In this document: in pieces, positions 10,601 to 19,717 of the stretch | How positions within the stretch are numbered: position 1 is the stretch's first letter | Layout of the letters: every line of letters begins with the position of its first letter | Source of the DNA: a bacterium | Lineage (GTDB): Bacteria; Zhuqueibacterota; Zhuqueibacteria; Residuimicrobiales; Krinioviventaceae | NCBI GenBank assembly: GCA_963693055.1 | Contig: OY843751.1 | Coordinates: 6,016,001 to 6,080,000 of the forward strand | Direction: 5' to 3' | DNA length: 64,000 nt | Program-made: the position numbers and the translations under genes | Notes under the pieces: model-generated | Told to the model about the DNA's origin: nothing | Seen by the model: the letters and a program-made list of their open reading frames with translations, nothing else | Databases searched by the model: none

Positions 10601-11018
10601 TTACAGAATTTAATGCTTCATTAATTAATGAAATAGAATAACGATCATCATTATGATATCGCTGAAACAATTGCAGCGCGTTTGCCAACCGATCATCAAC
10701 CGTTTTATAATGGCTGCCTACTTTTAACGCAATTTCGTTTAATGTGGGTTGATCCCTTTTTAGCAGTAAATAAACCGGTTTAAATAAAATCGCAATAAAG
10801 CCAAGTATACCAATACTAATAAAACCCCATGATAAAGCTAATCGCACATTTACAGAGAGATCTATTGCCATCTCTATAACTGTTAATAAGGCTATCAAGG
10901 GTGCAATAACCAATACAAGCTTGATCAGTCTTTTATATAAAAAAAACCGTTTTTCAGTAGAGCGAAAAGCCTGCAGTTTATTCTGCAACTGTATATATGT
11001 GGATTTTTGGTCGTTCAT
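7680..11018 (-). CDS. DUF4175-like membrane-anchored coiled-coil protein
   Basis: N-terminal TM segments, PPAYSG, DDYGV, YYVEAWDNDSVSGPK, long Q/M/E-rich coiled coil. Confidence 0.7.
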   Translation of the reverse strand: MNDQKSTYIQLQNKLQAFRSTEKRFFLYKRLIKLVLVIAPLIALLTVIEMAIDLSVNVRLALSWGFISIGILGFIAILFKPVYLLLKRDQPTLNEIALKVGSHYKTVDDRLANALQLFQRYHNDDRYSISLINEALNSVRADIADQNFYPLVNKKPFFKLLKTSALVFSVFVLLIAIKFPDVGSAITQLLHPKQDMDTNQITFKVFPGNTRIVEDSEFDIKVWVSDSTLQTLDLTYTGKSPIPLEKSSDDTFRYQIDKVYESFTYQFMSKEQVSPEFTVDVEERPLLRNISVTVTPPAYSGIDKYALEDNVGDVSALKGSRINIVGKPNKELDTVRVEFSDNELYMDKKNDKVYLEFPMKKSDIYRFFLTDMYGFSSINPITYNLQVIPDQYPVVRIIQPGKDIDLGEEMLIPLIIDAQDDYGVDKISIAYQVISAEMEPDSNRYVHQELVDIDYEQKMRVALNWDLSESDMLPTEVVVYYVEAWDNDSVSGPKRSVSKTYRARFPSMFEMYEEITSTQDEAIREMEDAYEKSQEFKEKIDELSREMQREKDLDWERQQETEQALQQREEINQKLKELEKNLEEMVDKMEENDLVSSETLKKYQELQELYKDIMTPELENLMKQMSESLQNVDQNMLKKAMEEFKMTEDQMSKNLDRTINLLKRLKMEQQLDQAIKMANDIAERQQNLENKQGDDKNRLSKEQSNINKDKEAMTDALKELRKEMEEQPQMPLDQMDKALSDLESDSLDQAFNEMQEMINSGQMENFSQQSKKVQQKMESIAQQLQQAKDNMNGTMQRQAMMAMKRNIRQLLELSLDQEDLMMETEELPSNASNIQSVADRQNNMNSGLSRVINSIFELSKETMSMNSQMQATLGNASMNMQDALTAMENRNNKLASRNQAEAMKSINSAILQMQQSMQNMMQNASGSGMSFEQFMQQMQKMAQGQQQLNQMTQQVGMGQQMSQAQQAQMARMAAEQERLRKSMEQLAQEAGGMKEVMGDLDNIAKDMKEVEKDFNSQNISRETLQRQNRILSRMLDAQRSIRQREYSRKRKAQSGKNYMADSPPELPQDMGERKSLLQQELLNAKQQGFSQDYLELIKQYFEALTEQEQGRQ

Positions 11019-11722
11019 CAGTTTAACAATGCATAAATGATTATATTCAGACCCATTTTTAATGCAGTTTCACGGATTATAGGAGAATCTCCATGTACCT
11101 GCGGGTCTGCCCAGCCATCAGAGATATTTGTATTCGCAGAATAAAAGACGACTAGTCTATTATTATAAAAAATCCCATACGCTTTTGGCGGCCCACCATC
11201 GAATTCATGGATTTTTGGAAGTCCGTTAAAATCATATTGGCTGTGAAAAATACCGTGAGAAAAGGGAATCTCTACCAACTCATGGTCCGGAAAAACTTTG
11301 GAAATTTCCCGTTTGAAATGAACATCCATTCCATAATCATCATCTGCATAGAGAAATCCTCCACCCGTGAGATAGCTTCTTAGTCTTTTTACTTCGATAG
11401 GCGTAAAATTAATTCTCCCATGTCCTGTCATAAACAGAACAGGATACGAAAATAAGGTTTCATCCATTATGCCAATGCGTACCTCATCATCGGCTGTCGC
11501 TAGATTCGTATTCTCGGACAGAAATGTTAATAAATTGGGTATACATGATGGATTATTATACCAGTCGCCCCCGCCGGAGTATTTTAACCTGGCAATAGTA
11601 AACGCATTTTCTTTAATTTGGGCAAAAGAATTGTTGTGTATAACAAATCCGATACACAATAAAAATATGTATATACTTTTTCTATTCACTACATTATAAT
11701 GTATATGGCTCTTTAACTTCAA
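11018..11722 (-). CDS. DUF4159 family protein (probable start GTG at 11689)
   Basis: IARLKYSGGGDWY, YPVLFMTGHG, LTGGGFLYADDDYG, GLPKIHE, DGW. Confidence 0.85.
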   Translation of the reverse strand: MKLKSHIHYNVVNRKSIYIFLLCIGFVIHNNSFAQIKENAFTIARLKYSGGGDWYNNPSCIPNLLTFLSENTNLATADDEVRIGIMDETLFSYPVLFMTGHGRINFTPIEVKRLRSYLTGGGFLYADDDYGMDVHFKREISKVFPDHELVEIPFSHGIFHSQYDFNGLPKIHEFDGGPPKAYGIFYNNRLVVFYSANTNISDGWADPQVHGDSPIIRETALKMGLNIIIYALLN

Positions 11723-13001
11723 GATATATGTCTTTTTTGATCCTGTTTAACCATTCCTGATATTCCTGCTGCTTTTTATATTCAAGTGCCATTCCCTCAA
11801 TCATGTCCCAGTCTTTTTCAAGATCAAAATCTCTGGCTTTATCTCTTGAATTCACTTTTATTACATGATAACCAAACTGTGTTTTAATAGGATCTGAATA
11901 CTCTCCCGGCTGCACATTTTCAATTCCATAACTGAATTCTTTGGCCATTTGTTTCAATTGGTCTATTTCAAAACGACCCAGGTGACCATCTTGTTTGTTG
12001 GATGATTCATCTTCAGAATATTCTTTTACAAGTTCTTTGAAATCAGCTCCATTTTCAAGATCTGTATGAATTTTTTTGATCAGTTCCACAGTTTCAATTT
12101 CATCTTTTTCTGTGGGTTTGATTGAAATCAGGATGTGCTGAGTATGGATCTTTTCACCGCGCTTTTCAATCAATTTAATAATATGAAAACCAAACTGAGA
12201 TTCTACGATTTGAGAAAATTCTCCCGGTTCAAGCCTGGATGCAGCTTCAGCATATTCTCTAACCAACGTGGAACGTGAAACAAACCCCAAATCTCCACCC
12301 TTTTGAGCAGAACCAGGATCTTCTGAATATTCTTTGGCCATTTCAGCAAAATCATAACCTTTATCTACAACCAGTTCACGCACTGCCTGTGCCCGCTTTA
12401 AAGCATTTTCTCGGGATTCTTTTCCGGGTTTTGGTGTGACCAGAATATGGCTGATATCCACGGTTTCCTGTACGGAACCTAAAGAATCTTTTTTCGCATT
12501 ATAAAATTCTTTAACTTCGCGGCTTGATACCTTTAAATTGGCAAATTTTTGTTCTCTCACCATACTGACACGCATTTCTTTTTCTATTTCCTGGCGCCTT
12601 GTACGACGAAATTTTGACATGGGCATACCCAGAGATTCTTCAATTTTATCTTCACCACCAACCTGTTGAGTTACGCGTTGCAGATCCTGTTGCAAATAGC
12701 TGTCTACCTGACGTTCATCAGCAATAACTGTATCTTTATCAGCCTGAATAAGCATTAATTCTTTATTTATCAACGAGTTTAAAGTTTGCTGTTTCAAGTC
12801 CTGAAAATCCTGAGGATTTTTTGCAGGATCAATACCCATTTGTAATGCTGCATAATAAGCACCCTGAGTAACCTGTGACTCTAAAATAATATCATCGTCA
12901 ACAATAGCGATCATCCGGTCTAAAACCTGTTGAGCGGACAATTGACTATATGTAATAACAAATAATAAAATAATTCCAGATTTAATAAAACTCAATCTCA
13001 T
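11694..13001 (-). CDS. SurA-like chaperone with two parvulin PPIase domains
   Basis: Signal peptide; DRMIAIVDDDIIL; SHILV..FAEMAKEYSEDPGSAQKGGDLG; second domain YSED..DGHLG..TQFGYHVIK. Confidence 0.88.
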   Translation of the reverse strand: MRLSFIKSGIILLFVITYSQLSAQQVLDRMIAIVDDDIILESQVTQGAYYAALQMGIDPAKNPQDFQDLKQQTLNSLINKELMLIQADKDTVIADERQVDSYLQQDLQRVTQQVGGEDKIEESLGMPMSKFRRTRRQEIEKEMRVSMVREQKFANLKVSSREVKEFYNAKKDSLGSVQETVDISHILVTPKPGKESRENALKRAQAVRELVVDKGYDFAEMAKEYSEDPGSAQKGGDLGFVSRSTLVREYAEAASRLEPGEFSQIVESQFGFHIIKLIEKRGEKIHTQHILISIKPTEKDEIETVELIKKIHTDLENGADFKELVKEYSEDESSNKQDGHLGRFEIDQLKQMAKEFSYGIENVQPGEYSDPIKTQFGYHVIKVNSRDKARDFDLEKDWDMIEGMALEYKKQQEYQEWLNRIKKDIYLEVKEPYTL

Positions 13002-13016
13002 TCTTTTTCACCTCTT

Positions 13017-13859
13017 TTATTGTGCCCAGGTACTGTTCATGGTTTCCTGTATCAGTTCCCATTTTGCTTCTACCTGCGCATTTTCACCAAGATAGGTTAT
13101 ATATCGTTTATATTTGTTTTCCCTTTTCCAGGCCATTAATCGCCAGGAAATCATATCTTTTACTTCTTCAATTGTTTGAACATCTCCCTTGTTACGTTTT
13201 TCCAACAATTCAACAAGATAATATCCATGTATAGATTTAATGTTTTCAATCCTGTTTTGACGCATTCTGGGCAAACGATTAACAATTACTTCCGGAAGTT
13301 GTTCCAGTGTTACCCATCCCAATTCACCGTTATTTTCTTTACTTTCATCAAGTGAGTTTTCTCTCGCCAGAGTAGCAAACGACTCGCCTTGAACTAATTT
13401 TGCACGTATTTCTTCAGCTTCCCGATAAGTTTTTACCAATACAAGTCTGACTTTGTAATAATCATTTGGCCTTACAAATTCCTGAGAATGCTGTTCATAA
13501 TATTCTTTAATTTCTTCCTCTGTTACTTCAAGACCCTTATCAATCTTTTCAGTAATGTATTTCGATACCATTAAATCACGAACAGCTTTACGAATATCTT
13601 TTTCAAATTCCGGATTTTCATCAAATTTATATTCTTGCAACTCTGCATACCAAAGTTCCATTTCTATCCATTTTTTTACATAATTCTGAAGTTGAATTTC
13701 AGATAATTGAAAATCAGGATCATTTGGAATAACCTTTTTTAAATCATTTACAGTAAAAACCTGGTCTCCCACTCGTGCAATTACAGGTGAATCCGGTTTA
13801 TTGTCTTTTGCACAAGCAGCAAACAACAATAATAGGATTAGTAGTCCTTTTTTTAACAT
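13017..13859 (-). CDS. Parvulin-type PPIase lipoprotein
   Basis: Lipobox FAAC; FATLARENSLD..NNGELGW. Confidence 0.82.
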   Translation of the reverse strand: MLKKGLLILLLLFAACAKDNKPDSPVIARVGDQVFTVNDLKKVIPNDPDFQLSEIQLQNYVKKWIEMELWYAELQEYKFDENPEFEKDIRKAVRDLMVSKYITEKIDKGLEVTEEEIKEYYEQHSQEFVRPNDYYKVRLVLVKTYREAEEIRAKLVQGESFATLARENSLDESKENNGELGWVTLEQLPEVIVNRLPRMRQNRIENIKSIHGYYLVELLEKRNKGDVQTIEEVKDMISWRLMAWKRENKYKRYITYLGENAQVEAKWELIQETMNSTWAQ

Positions 13860-13873
13860 GAAATCAAAATATC

Positions 13874-15577
13874 CTATTTAATAAACGGTTTTAATTCTTT
13901 TTCATAGATAACAGCTTTGTATTTATTATCTAATTGTTCACGCCATTCTTTTCTTTTTTCATTGGCATATTGTTTCTTTACTTTAATTTTTGCATATGGA
14001 ACCAGATTTTCCCATTTTACTTTACCACCTTTTTCCAAATCAATCAGTTTAATGATTGAATAAGCATTGCCATTTTTTATGGGTTTTGAGAGCTCTCCCT
14101 TTTTCATAGTCGATGCGGTCTTGCCAACAATACCAAAATGCTGATCCGAAATCATACCCAAATCACCGGTTGTTTTCAGATATTCTTTACGTTCTGTGTA
14201 TTTTTTAGCAAGTTTACCAAAATCAGCTCCGTTCTTTATCTGCTCATAAAGTGATTCTGCCAACTTTTTATTGCTTACCAATATTTCCTGAACATGATAT
14301 CTGGAAATATTTTTATATTCATCTATATTCTGATCATAGTATTTTTCATATTCACTGTCTGGTATTCGTTCATCCACACATTTGGTTTCCAAAAGATCTA
14401 TCATATATTTATGTTTTATATTCTGCTTTTGTTCCTTTAATTCTCGTTTTAATTGATAATTTTTATCTAGAGCGTATTTGGGAATCAATTGCCTGATTAC
14501 TAATGTTTCCAAAGTATTCAAGACTTTATCTTTTTCAAAATGTGACGGTGTCGAGTCAATAAACATATTTTTTATATCATTGAAATATTGATCCAATGTA
14601 TATTCTCCGGAATCAAACTTAACCATTACACGTGTTGTATCATATTGGTTTTTGACTCGTTGAATATCAAAATCATAATCTTCATCATCAAAGTTTTTTA
14701 TTTGCTCTCTTGTGGTATCACAAAAATAATCAATATTTTCGTCGATCATTTGCATGTGATAATCTGATTCTAATTTCTTAATCCACTCCTGATATCTTTG
14801 TGATAGTTGGCTGGCCTTTTCACGAAAGAACCCCTTTTGTATTAACTCACGCATATAATCATACGGAACAACTGAAATGGATCTATCTTCCACCAGATTT
14901 AATAAATGATATCCCCTTTGAGTGGTAATAACTGGAGAAACCTCTCCTTTACTCAAGGAATATAATTCGTTAGAAAATTCTATTCCCCATTCTTTAACAG
15001 GCCATTTTACAAAGCCTAAATTTCCACCCTTGCCCGCGGTTAAAGAGTCTTGAGAAAACTTTCGGGCTAATAATTCAAAATCCGCACCTTTACTAATTTC
15101 AGATTTTAATGAATCTAGTGTAATTATAGATTGCTGATTTTTTATAGAATCTTTAGAAACATTTATAAAAATATGTCTTCCCTTCACTTCCCGAGACATT
15201 CTGTCATAACGTGTTTTATATTCCTGTTCAGGAATTACCGGATCTACAACACATTTGGTTATAACATAATTATGTAATACGTTTTTAAAAGTCTGATCTG
15301 TTTTAGAGACAATTATTGAATCTTTGTCCAGATTATTCTCGTATGCTTCGGTTAATTTGCGTTTGTTATCAATGACAATTTGTAATTGCTTTTGCAGATC
15401 AGCATTTGTAATATTTAGGAATTGAGCAGGTTTGGTGTTTTTATAAACATATTCTTTAAAATCTTTAACATATACGGGTCGGTTTCCCACCCGGGCAATG
15501 ATCTTGTTTTCTGTCAAGTTTGAGCAACCTGAAAAAACAAGTAAAAGTATCAAGATTATTTTATTACCTTTCATCAA
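13874..15577 (-). CDS. Parvulin-type PPIase lipoprotein with two rotamase domains
   Basis: Lipobox FSGC; FELLARKFSQD..KGGNLG and FGKLAKKYTE..GDLG. Confidence 0.82.
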   Translation of the reverse strand: MMKGNKIILILLLVFSGCSNLTENKIIARVGNRPVYVKDFKEYVYKNTKPAQFLNITNADLQKQLQIVIDNKRKLTEAYENNLDKDSIIVSKTDQTFKNVLHNYVITKCVVDPVIPEQEYKTRYDRMSREVKGRHIFINVSKDSIKNQQSIITLDSLKSEISKGADFELLARKFSQDSLTAGKGGNLGFVKWPVKEWGIEFSNELYSLSKGEVSPVITTQRGYHLLNLVEDRSISVVPYDYMRELIQKGFFREKASQLSQRYQEWIKKLESDYHMQMIDENIDYFCDTTREQIKNFDDEDYDFDIQRVKNQYDTTRVMVKFDSGEYTLDQYFNDIKNMFIDSTPSHFEKDKVLNTLETLVIRQLIPKYALDKNYQLKRELKEQKQNIKHKYMIDLLETKCVDERIPDSEYEKYYDQNIDEYKNISRYHVQEILVSNKKLAESLYEQIKNGADFGKLAKKYTERKEYLKTTGDLGMISDQHFGIVGKTASTMKKGELSKPIKNGNAYSIIKLIDLEKGGKVKWENLVPYAKIKVKKQYANEKRKEWREQLDNKYKAVIYEKELKPFIK

Positions 15578-15633
15578 CGCCTCGGTAGAATTGACCTATC
15601 CTTTTGATTTATAGTAATTAACAAGTTAGCCAT

Positions 15634-18600
15634 TTACTGAATAGATTGCAAGAAGTTTTTAGCTGTTTTTAATTGGTCCTCTTTTGGAGAGGTTTTGATC
15701 TCAAAATAAAGATCTTTTGATGTTTGCTTTAATTCAAATTTATAGGCTGACTTTGCTACAATATTACCAAACCATTCTCTAAATTGTTCCCCAATTGGAA
15801 GAAAATCTGTTGCAAAAAGACCAAAAATTTTATCTGGTAATAATCTCAATTTACTAACAAGCGCGTGCTCTGCATATATTTTTATCAATATATAATCAAC
15901 CAATACCTTGGCTGGTTCAGGTAACGGACCAAAACGATCTTTGATCTCTTTTTCCAAATTTTGAACAGCTTTGGGTGTTTCGGCCTCCGCAAGTCTTCGA
16001 TAGATATCCACGCGCTCTGATGGATTCATAATATATTTGCCTGGTAAAAACGCATCCATTCGTAATTCTATTTGCGGTTCAAAGAGAGGTTCTCGCCTTT
16101 CTTTTTGTTCAATGTTCATTTCTTTTTTAAGTTCATAGATTGCTTCCTCTATGATCTTCATATAAACATCGTATCCTAAAGCTTCAACAAAACCACTCTG
16201 TTGAGCACCAAAAATATTTCCGGTTCCTCGGATTTCCAGGTCACGCATAGCAACATTATAACCGGAACCTAAATATGATAATTCCTGTATAGTTTGTAAT
16301 CTTTTAATGGCGGTCTGAGATAATTTTCTCAATGGTGGTACCAATAGATATGCGTAAGCTTGTAAATCTGACCTTCCCACCCGACCCCTTAGCTGGTACA
16401 ACTGTGCCAGACCCAGCTTATCTGCCCTGTTAATAATCAGGGTATTTGTATTGGGCATATCAATTCCGGATTCAATAATCATTGTACAAACCAGACATTG
16501 AACTTTACCGCTGGAAAAAGCCATCATAACTTTTTCCAATTCGTGCCCCTTCATTTGACCATGAGCTACCGCAATACTCACCTCGGGTACAATTTCACGT
16601 ACAAGATTAGAAATACCATATATAGATTGAACGCGGTTGTGAACAAAGAAAACCTGTCCTCCACGATCAATTTCCTTTAAAATAATCTCGCGAATATAAT
16701 CACGATCAAAACGAGCAACTTCTGTCTTTATCGGTATCCGGTTTTGAGGCGGTGTATTGATTAATGACATGTCTTTTGCACCCATCAAAGACATGTGCAT
16801 TGTTCTGGGAATTGGTGTCGCTGACATGGAAAGTGTATCTACTGACGCCTTTAACAATTTGAGCTTTTCTTTATGCATTACTCCAAATCGTTGTTCTTCA
16901 TCAATAATGAGTAATCCCAGGTTTTTAAACTTTATATCTTTAGATAAAATTCTGTGAGTACCCACAAGCAGATCCAGTTCACCTTTTGATGTTTTTTCGA
17001 TAATGGCTTTTTGCTGATTAGGAGTTCTAAATCTGGAGAGCATATCCACAGATACAGGAAACGGTCTTAATCTTTCACTGAATGTATTTAAATGCTGTTG
17101 AGCTAAAATAGTTGTCGGTACCAGTACCGCTACCTGTTTTCCATCATTAATGGCTTTAAAAGCCGCTCTTATTGCAACTTCTGTCTTTCCGAACCCTACA
17201 TCTCCACAAATTAACCGATCCATGGATTTTTCAGATTCCATATCATTTTTTATTTCTTCAATAGCATTTAACTGGTCCTGGGTTTCATCAAATTCAAAAG
17301 ATGCTTCCAGTTCTTTTTGCCATATTGTGTCTGGCTGGAAGGCGTGGCCTTTTTGCATCTTGCGGGACGCATATAGTTTAATTAATTGGGCGGCAACATC
17401 TTTAATATTCTGTTTTGTGCGTTTTTTCAGCTTTTCCCATGAAGAAGTACCCAGTTTATTCAATTGAGGTACTGCACCATCTTTACCCGAGTATTTCTGG
17501 ACTTTATGCATTTTTTCAAGAGGTACATATAGCGAATCTTTATCCTGGTACTCTAAAAGCAGACATTCACGATCTTTACCATATGCTTTTATCTTTTTTA
17601 ACCCTCTAAAGATACCGATTCCATAGTCTTCATGAACCACAAAATCACCATAATTCATTGCAGACAAGTCCCGTAATGACACTTTTCTCCTATCAATCCT
17701 ATCCTGTTTTGGGAGTTTATTTCTACTATACAGTTCCTTATTGGTATATAAATAGAGTCCTGTCTCCGACCAAAGCATACCTTCTGAAATATTTAAAACA
17801 ACTGATTTTAATTCCCGGGGCATATCTTCCTGTACAAGTAGATCAGAAATACGACTTGCCTGGCTTTCTGAATCACAACAATACAAATATAGCGGCGAAT
17901 CTACAGAACAGGTAGATATTTGCTGATCCAGTTCTTTTTTAAACAGGTCGAACTTGCCTGCAAAAAAAGGTGCTGTTTTGATCTGAAAAGCCACTTTATC
18001 AGAAAATGTTTGCTGAAGTAAAGCGAACTCTATATTCAGAAAATCATTTGCCTGTTTTAACAGAGTCTTGTATCCTAAATAAAAATCGTGATATTTTAAC
18101 GATGCTATCTTGTGTTCATGCGCGAATCCCTGCATTCGATAGTTCATATCTGATTCATAATTATCCAGATCATTACTCACCGTTGCATAATCAGCAAAGC
18201 ATATAAGGGCATTCTCAGGCAAATAGTCTAAAAAAGCTGCATCAAACAGTACATGGTCCTCAGGATGGTCGTCATATGGACCGTACATTCCGGCAGCATA
18301 TAAAGGAAAAATATCTATTTTATCAATTCTTTTTGTGGATTTTTGAGTATCAATATCAATTTTACGAATAGAATCAACTTCATCACCAAAAAACTCGATA
18401 CGATAAGGCATCTCGCTTTCAAACAGAAATACATCAATCAGCCCCCCTCTTACACTCATTTCACCGGGGCGATCAATTCTATCTTCCCGTACATATCCCA
18501 TTTTAACCAGCTTTTGGATCAATGTATCAAAATCCATATCTTCACCGGTTTTTAATAGTATCTGTTCGGGTATAACAATATCAGGGTGCGAAACCTTTTC

Positions 18601-18981
18601 CAACAAGGCACCGGGCTGAGCCACCAGAATTTTATTTTCTTTAGAAACCAAAGATTTCAATACACGTAATCGATGTCCGACCAGCGTACTTGGTGGACCC
18701 AACTCATTCCACATTTGTCGATTATATGAAGGAAAAAAGAGTGCCTGATTTTCACCTAATAAAGATTGCAGATCCTGTGTAAATAATTTTACAGCCTTTT
18801 CGTCTGGCATTAAAAACAATATAGGTCGTTGTGTTTTTGTAAATAAAGACGCCGTTATAAGCGCCTGAGCAATAAAAGGAGTCCCCGTAACAGCAAAATC
18901 CCGTTGTTCATTTATTTTATCCAATACATGAACAAAAGGTTTACTGGACGAGACAATCTCGAGCAATTGTTTCGCAGTCAC
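15634..18981 (-). CDS. mfd: Transcription-repair coupling factor Mfd
   Basis: RGGLIDVF, VVHEDYGIG, CGDVGFGKTE, DEEQRFG, SATPIPRT, QLRGRVGR, DLEIRG. Confidence 0.98.
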   Translation of the reverse strand: MTAKQLLEIVSSSKPFVHVLDKINEQRDFAVTGTPFIAQALITASLFTKTQRPILFLMPDEKAVKLFTQDLQSLLGENQALFFPSYNRQMWNELGPPSTLVGHRLRVLKSLVSKENKILVAQPGALLEKVSHPDIVIPEQILLKTGEDMDFDTLIQKLVKMGYVREDRIDRPGEMSVRGGLIDVFLFESEMPYRIEFFGDEVDSIRKIDIDTQKSTKRIDKIDIFPLYAAGMYGPYDDHPEDHVLFDAAFLDYLPENALICFADYATVSNDLDNYESDMNYRMQGFAHEHKIASLKYHDFYLGYKTLLKQANDFLNIEFALLQQTFSDKVAFQIKTAPFFAGKFDLFKKELDQQISTCSVDSPLYLYCCDSESQASRISDLLVQEDMPRELKSVVLNISEGMLWSETGLYLYTNKELYSRNKLPKQDRIDRRKVSLRDLSAMNYGDFVVHEDYGIGIFRGLKKIKAYGKDRECLLLEYQDKDSLYVPLEKMHKVQKYSGKDGAVPQLNKLGTSSWEKLKKRTKQNIKDVAAQLIKLYASRKMQKGHAFQPDTIWQKELEASFEFDETQDQLNAIEEIKNDMESEKSMDRLICGDVGFGKTEVAIRAAFKAINDGKQVAVLVPTTILAQQHLNTFSERLRPFPVSVDMLSRFRTPNQQKAIIEKTSKGELDLLVGTHRILSKDIKFKNLGLLIIDEEQRFGVMHKEKLKLLKASVDTLSMSATPIPRTMHMSLMGAKDMSLINTPPQNRIPIKTEVARFDRDYIREIILKEIDRGGQVFFVHNRVQSIYGISNLVREIVPEVSIAVAHGQMKGHELEKVMMAFSSGKVQCLVCTMIIESGIDMPNTNTLIINRADKLGLAQLYQLRGRVGRSDLQAYAYLLVPPLRKLSQTAIKRLQTIQELSYLGSGYNVAMRDLEIRGTGNIFGAQQSGFVEALGYDVYMKIIEEAIYELKKEMNIEQKERREPLFEPQIELRMDAFLPGKYIMNPSERVDIYRRLAEAETPKAVQNLEKEIKDRFGPLPEPAKVLVDYILIKIYAEHALVSKLRLLPDKIFGLFATDFLPIGEQFREWFGNIVAKSAYKFELKQTSKDLYFEIKTSPKEDQLKTAKNFLQSIQ

Positions 18982-19002
18982 AATAATATCCGATAATTTC
19001 AG

Positions 19003-19641
19003 TTAATCTTTAATAATCTCTATAAAGTATCTCTGTTCGCTCGCATCTAGTCCAGGTACAAGCATTTTGTTAATATTTTTATATTGATTTATCTCTTTCA
19101 ACTCTTTATCTATATCTCCCCCCTTGTATGTAACAAGAGAACCGCCATTTTTCAAAAATGGCATACCCCATTCACACAAACGGGATAATGAAGCTACAGC
19201 TCTTGCCATAACAACATTCACGGGTCCTGAAACAGATTCCAGAGTTAAATCCTCAACTCTTTCAGGAAATACATTCGTTTTATCTAAGCCTAATGTATCA
19301 CAAACCTGTTGTAAAAATACCGCTTTTTTCTTTCTGGATTCAACAAGGTTCATATATATATCAGATATCATTATAGCAACCGGAATACCTGGAAAACCTC
19401 CTCCAGAACCAACATCCATTATTTTTTTTGCATTTTTCACACAATCCAGAGAAAGTATCTGTAATGACTCATAAATATGCCGGGAAACCAGTTTAACCAT
19501 ATCATTTTTGGATACCAGATTCGTATGGATATTATACTCTTCTAATAATAGAGTATATTGAGTAAACTGATTAAATTGTTCTTCTGTGAGGGTAAATTGA
19601 TCTTTTAAACGTATTAATGCATCATGATTTTCTATTAACAT
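19003..19641 (-). CDS. rsmG: 16S rRNA m7G527 methyltransferase RsmG (GidB)
   Basis: DVGSGGGFPGIP, ESRKKKAVFL, ARAVA, YKG; follows mnmG. Confidence 0.95.
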   Translation of the reverse strand: MLIENHDALIRLKDQFTLTEEQFNQFTQYTLLLEEYNIHTNLVSKNDMVKLVSRHIYESLQILSLDCVKNAKKIMDVGSGGGFPGIPVAIMISDIYMNLVESRKKKAVFLQQVCDTLGLDKTNVFPERVEDLTLESVSGPVNVVMARAVASLSRLCEWGMPFLKNGGSLVTYKGGDIDKELKEINQYKNINKMLVPGLDASEQRYFIEIIKD

Positions 19642-19652
19642 ACCATCCTCAA

Positions 19653-19668
19653 TGTTCCACGTGGAACA
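19653..19668. promoter_or_regulatory. parS centromere-like site 1
   Basis: Perfect palindrome TGTTCCACGTGGAACA matching parS consensus TGTTNCACGTGNAACA. Confidence 0.9.
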
Positions 19669-19699
19669 TTCATAATTAATTCATTATATATTATAGAAA

Positions 19700-19715
19700 T
19701 GTTCCACGTGGAACA
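19700..19715. promoter_or_regulatory. parS centromere-like site 2
   Basis: Identical TGTTCCACGTGGAACA, starting 47 bp after site 1. Confidence 0.9.
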
Positions 19716-19717
19716 TT

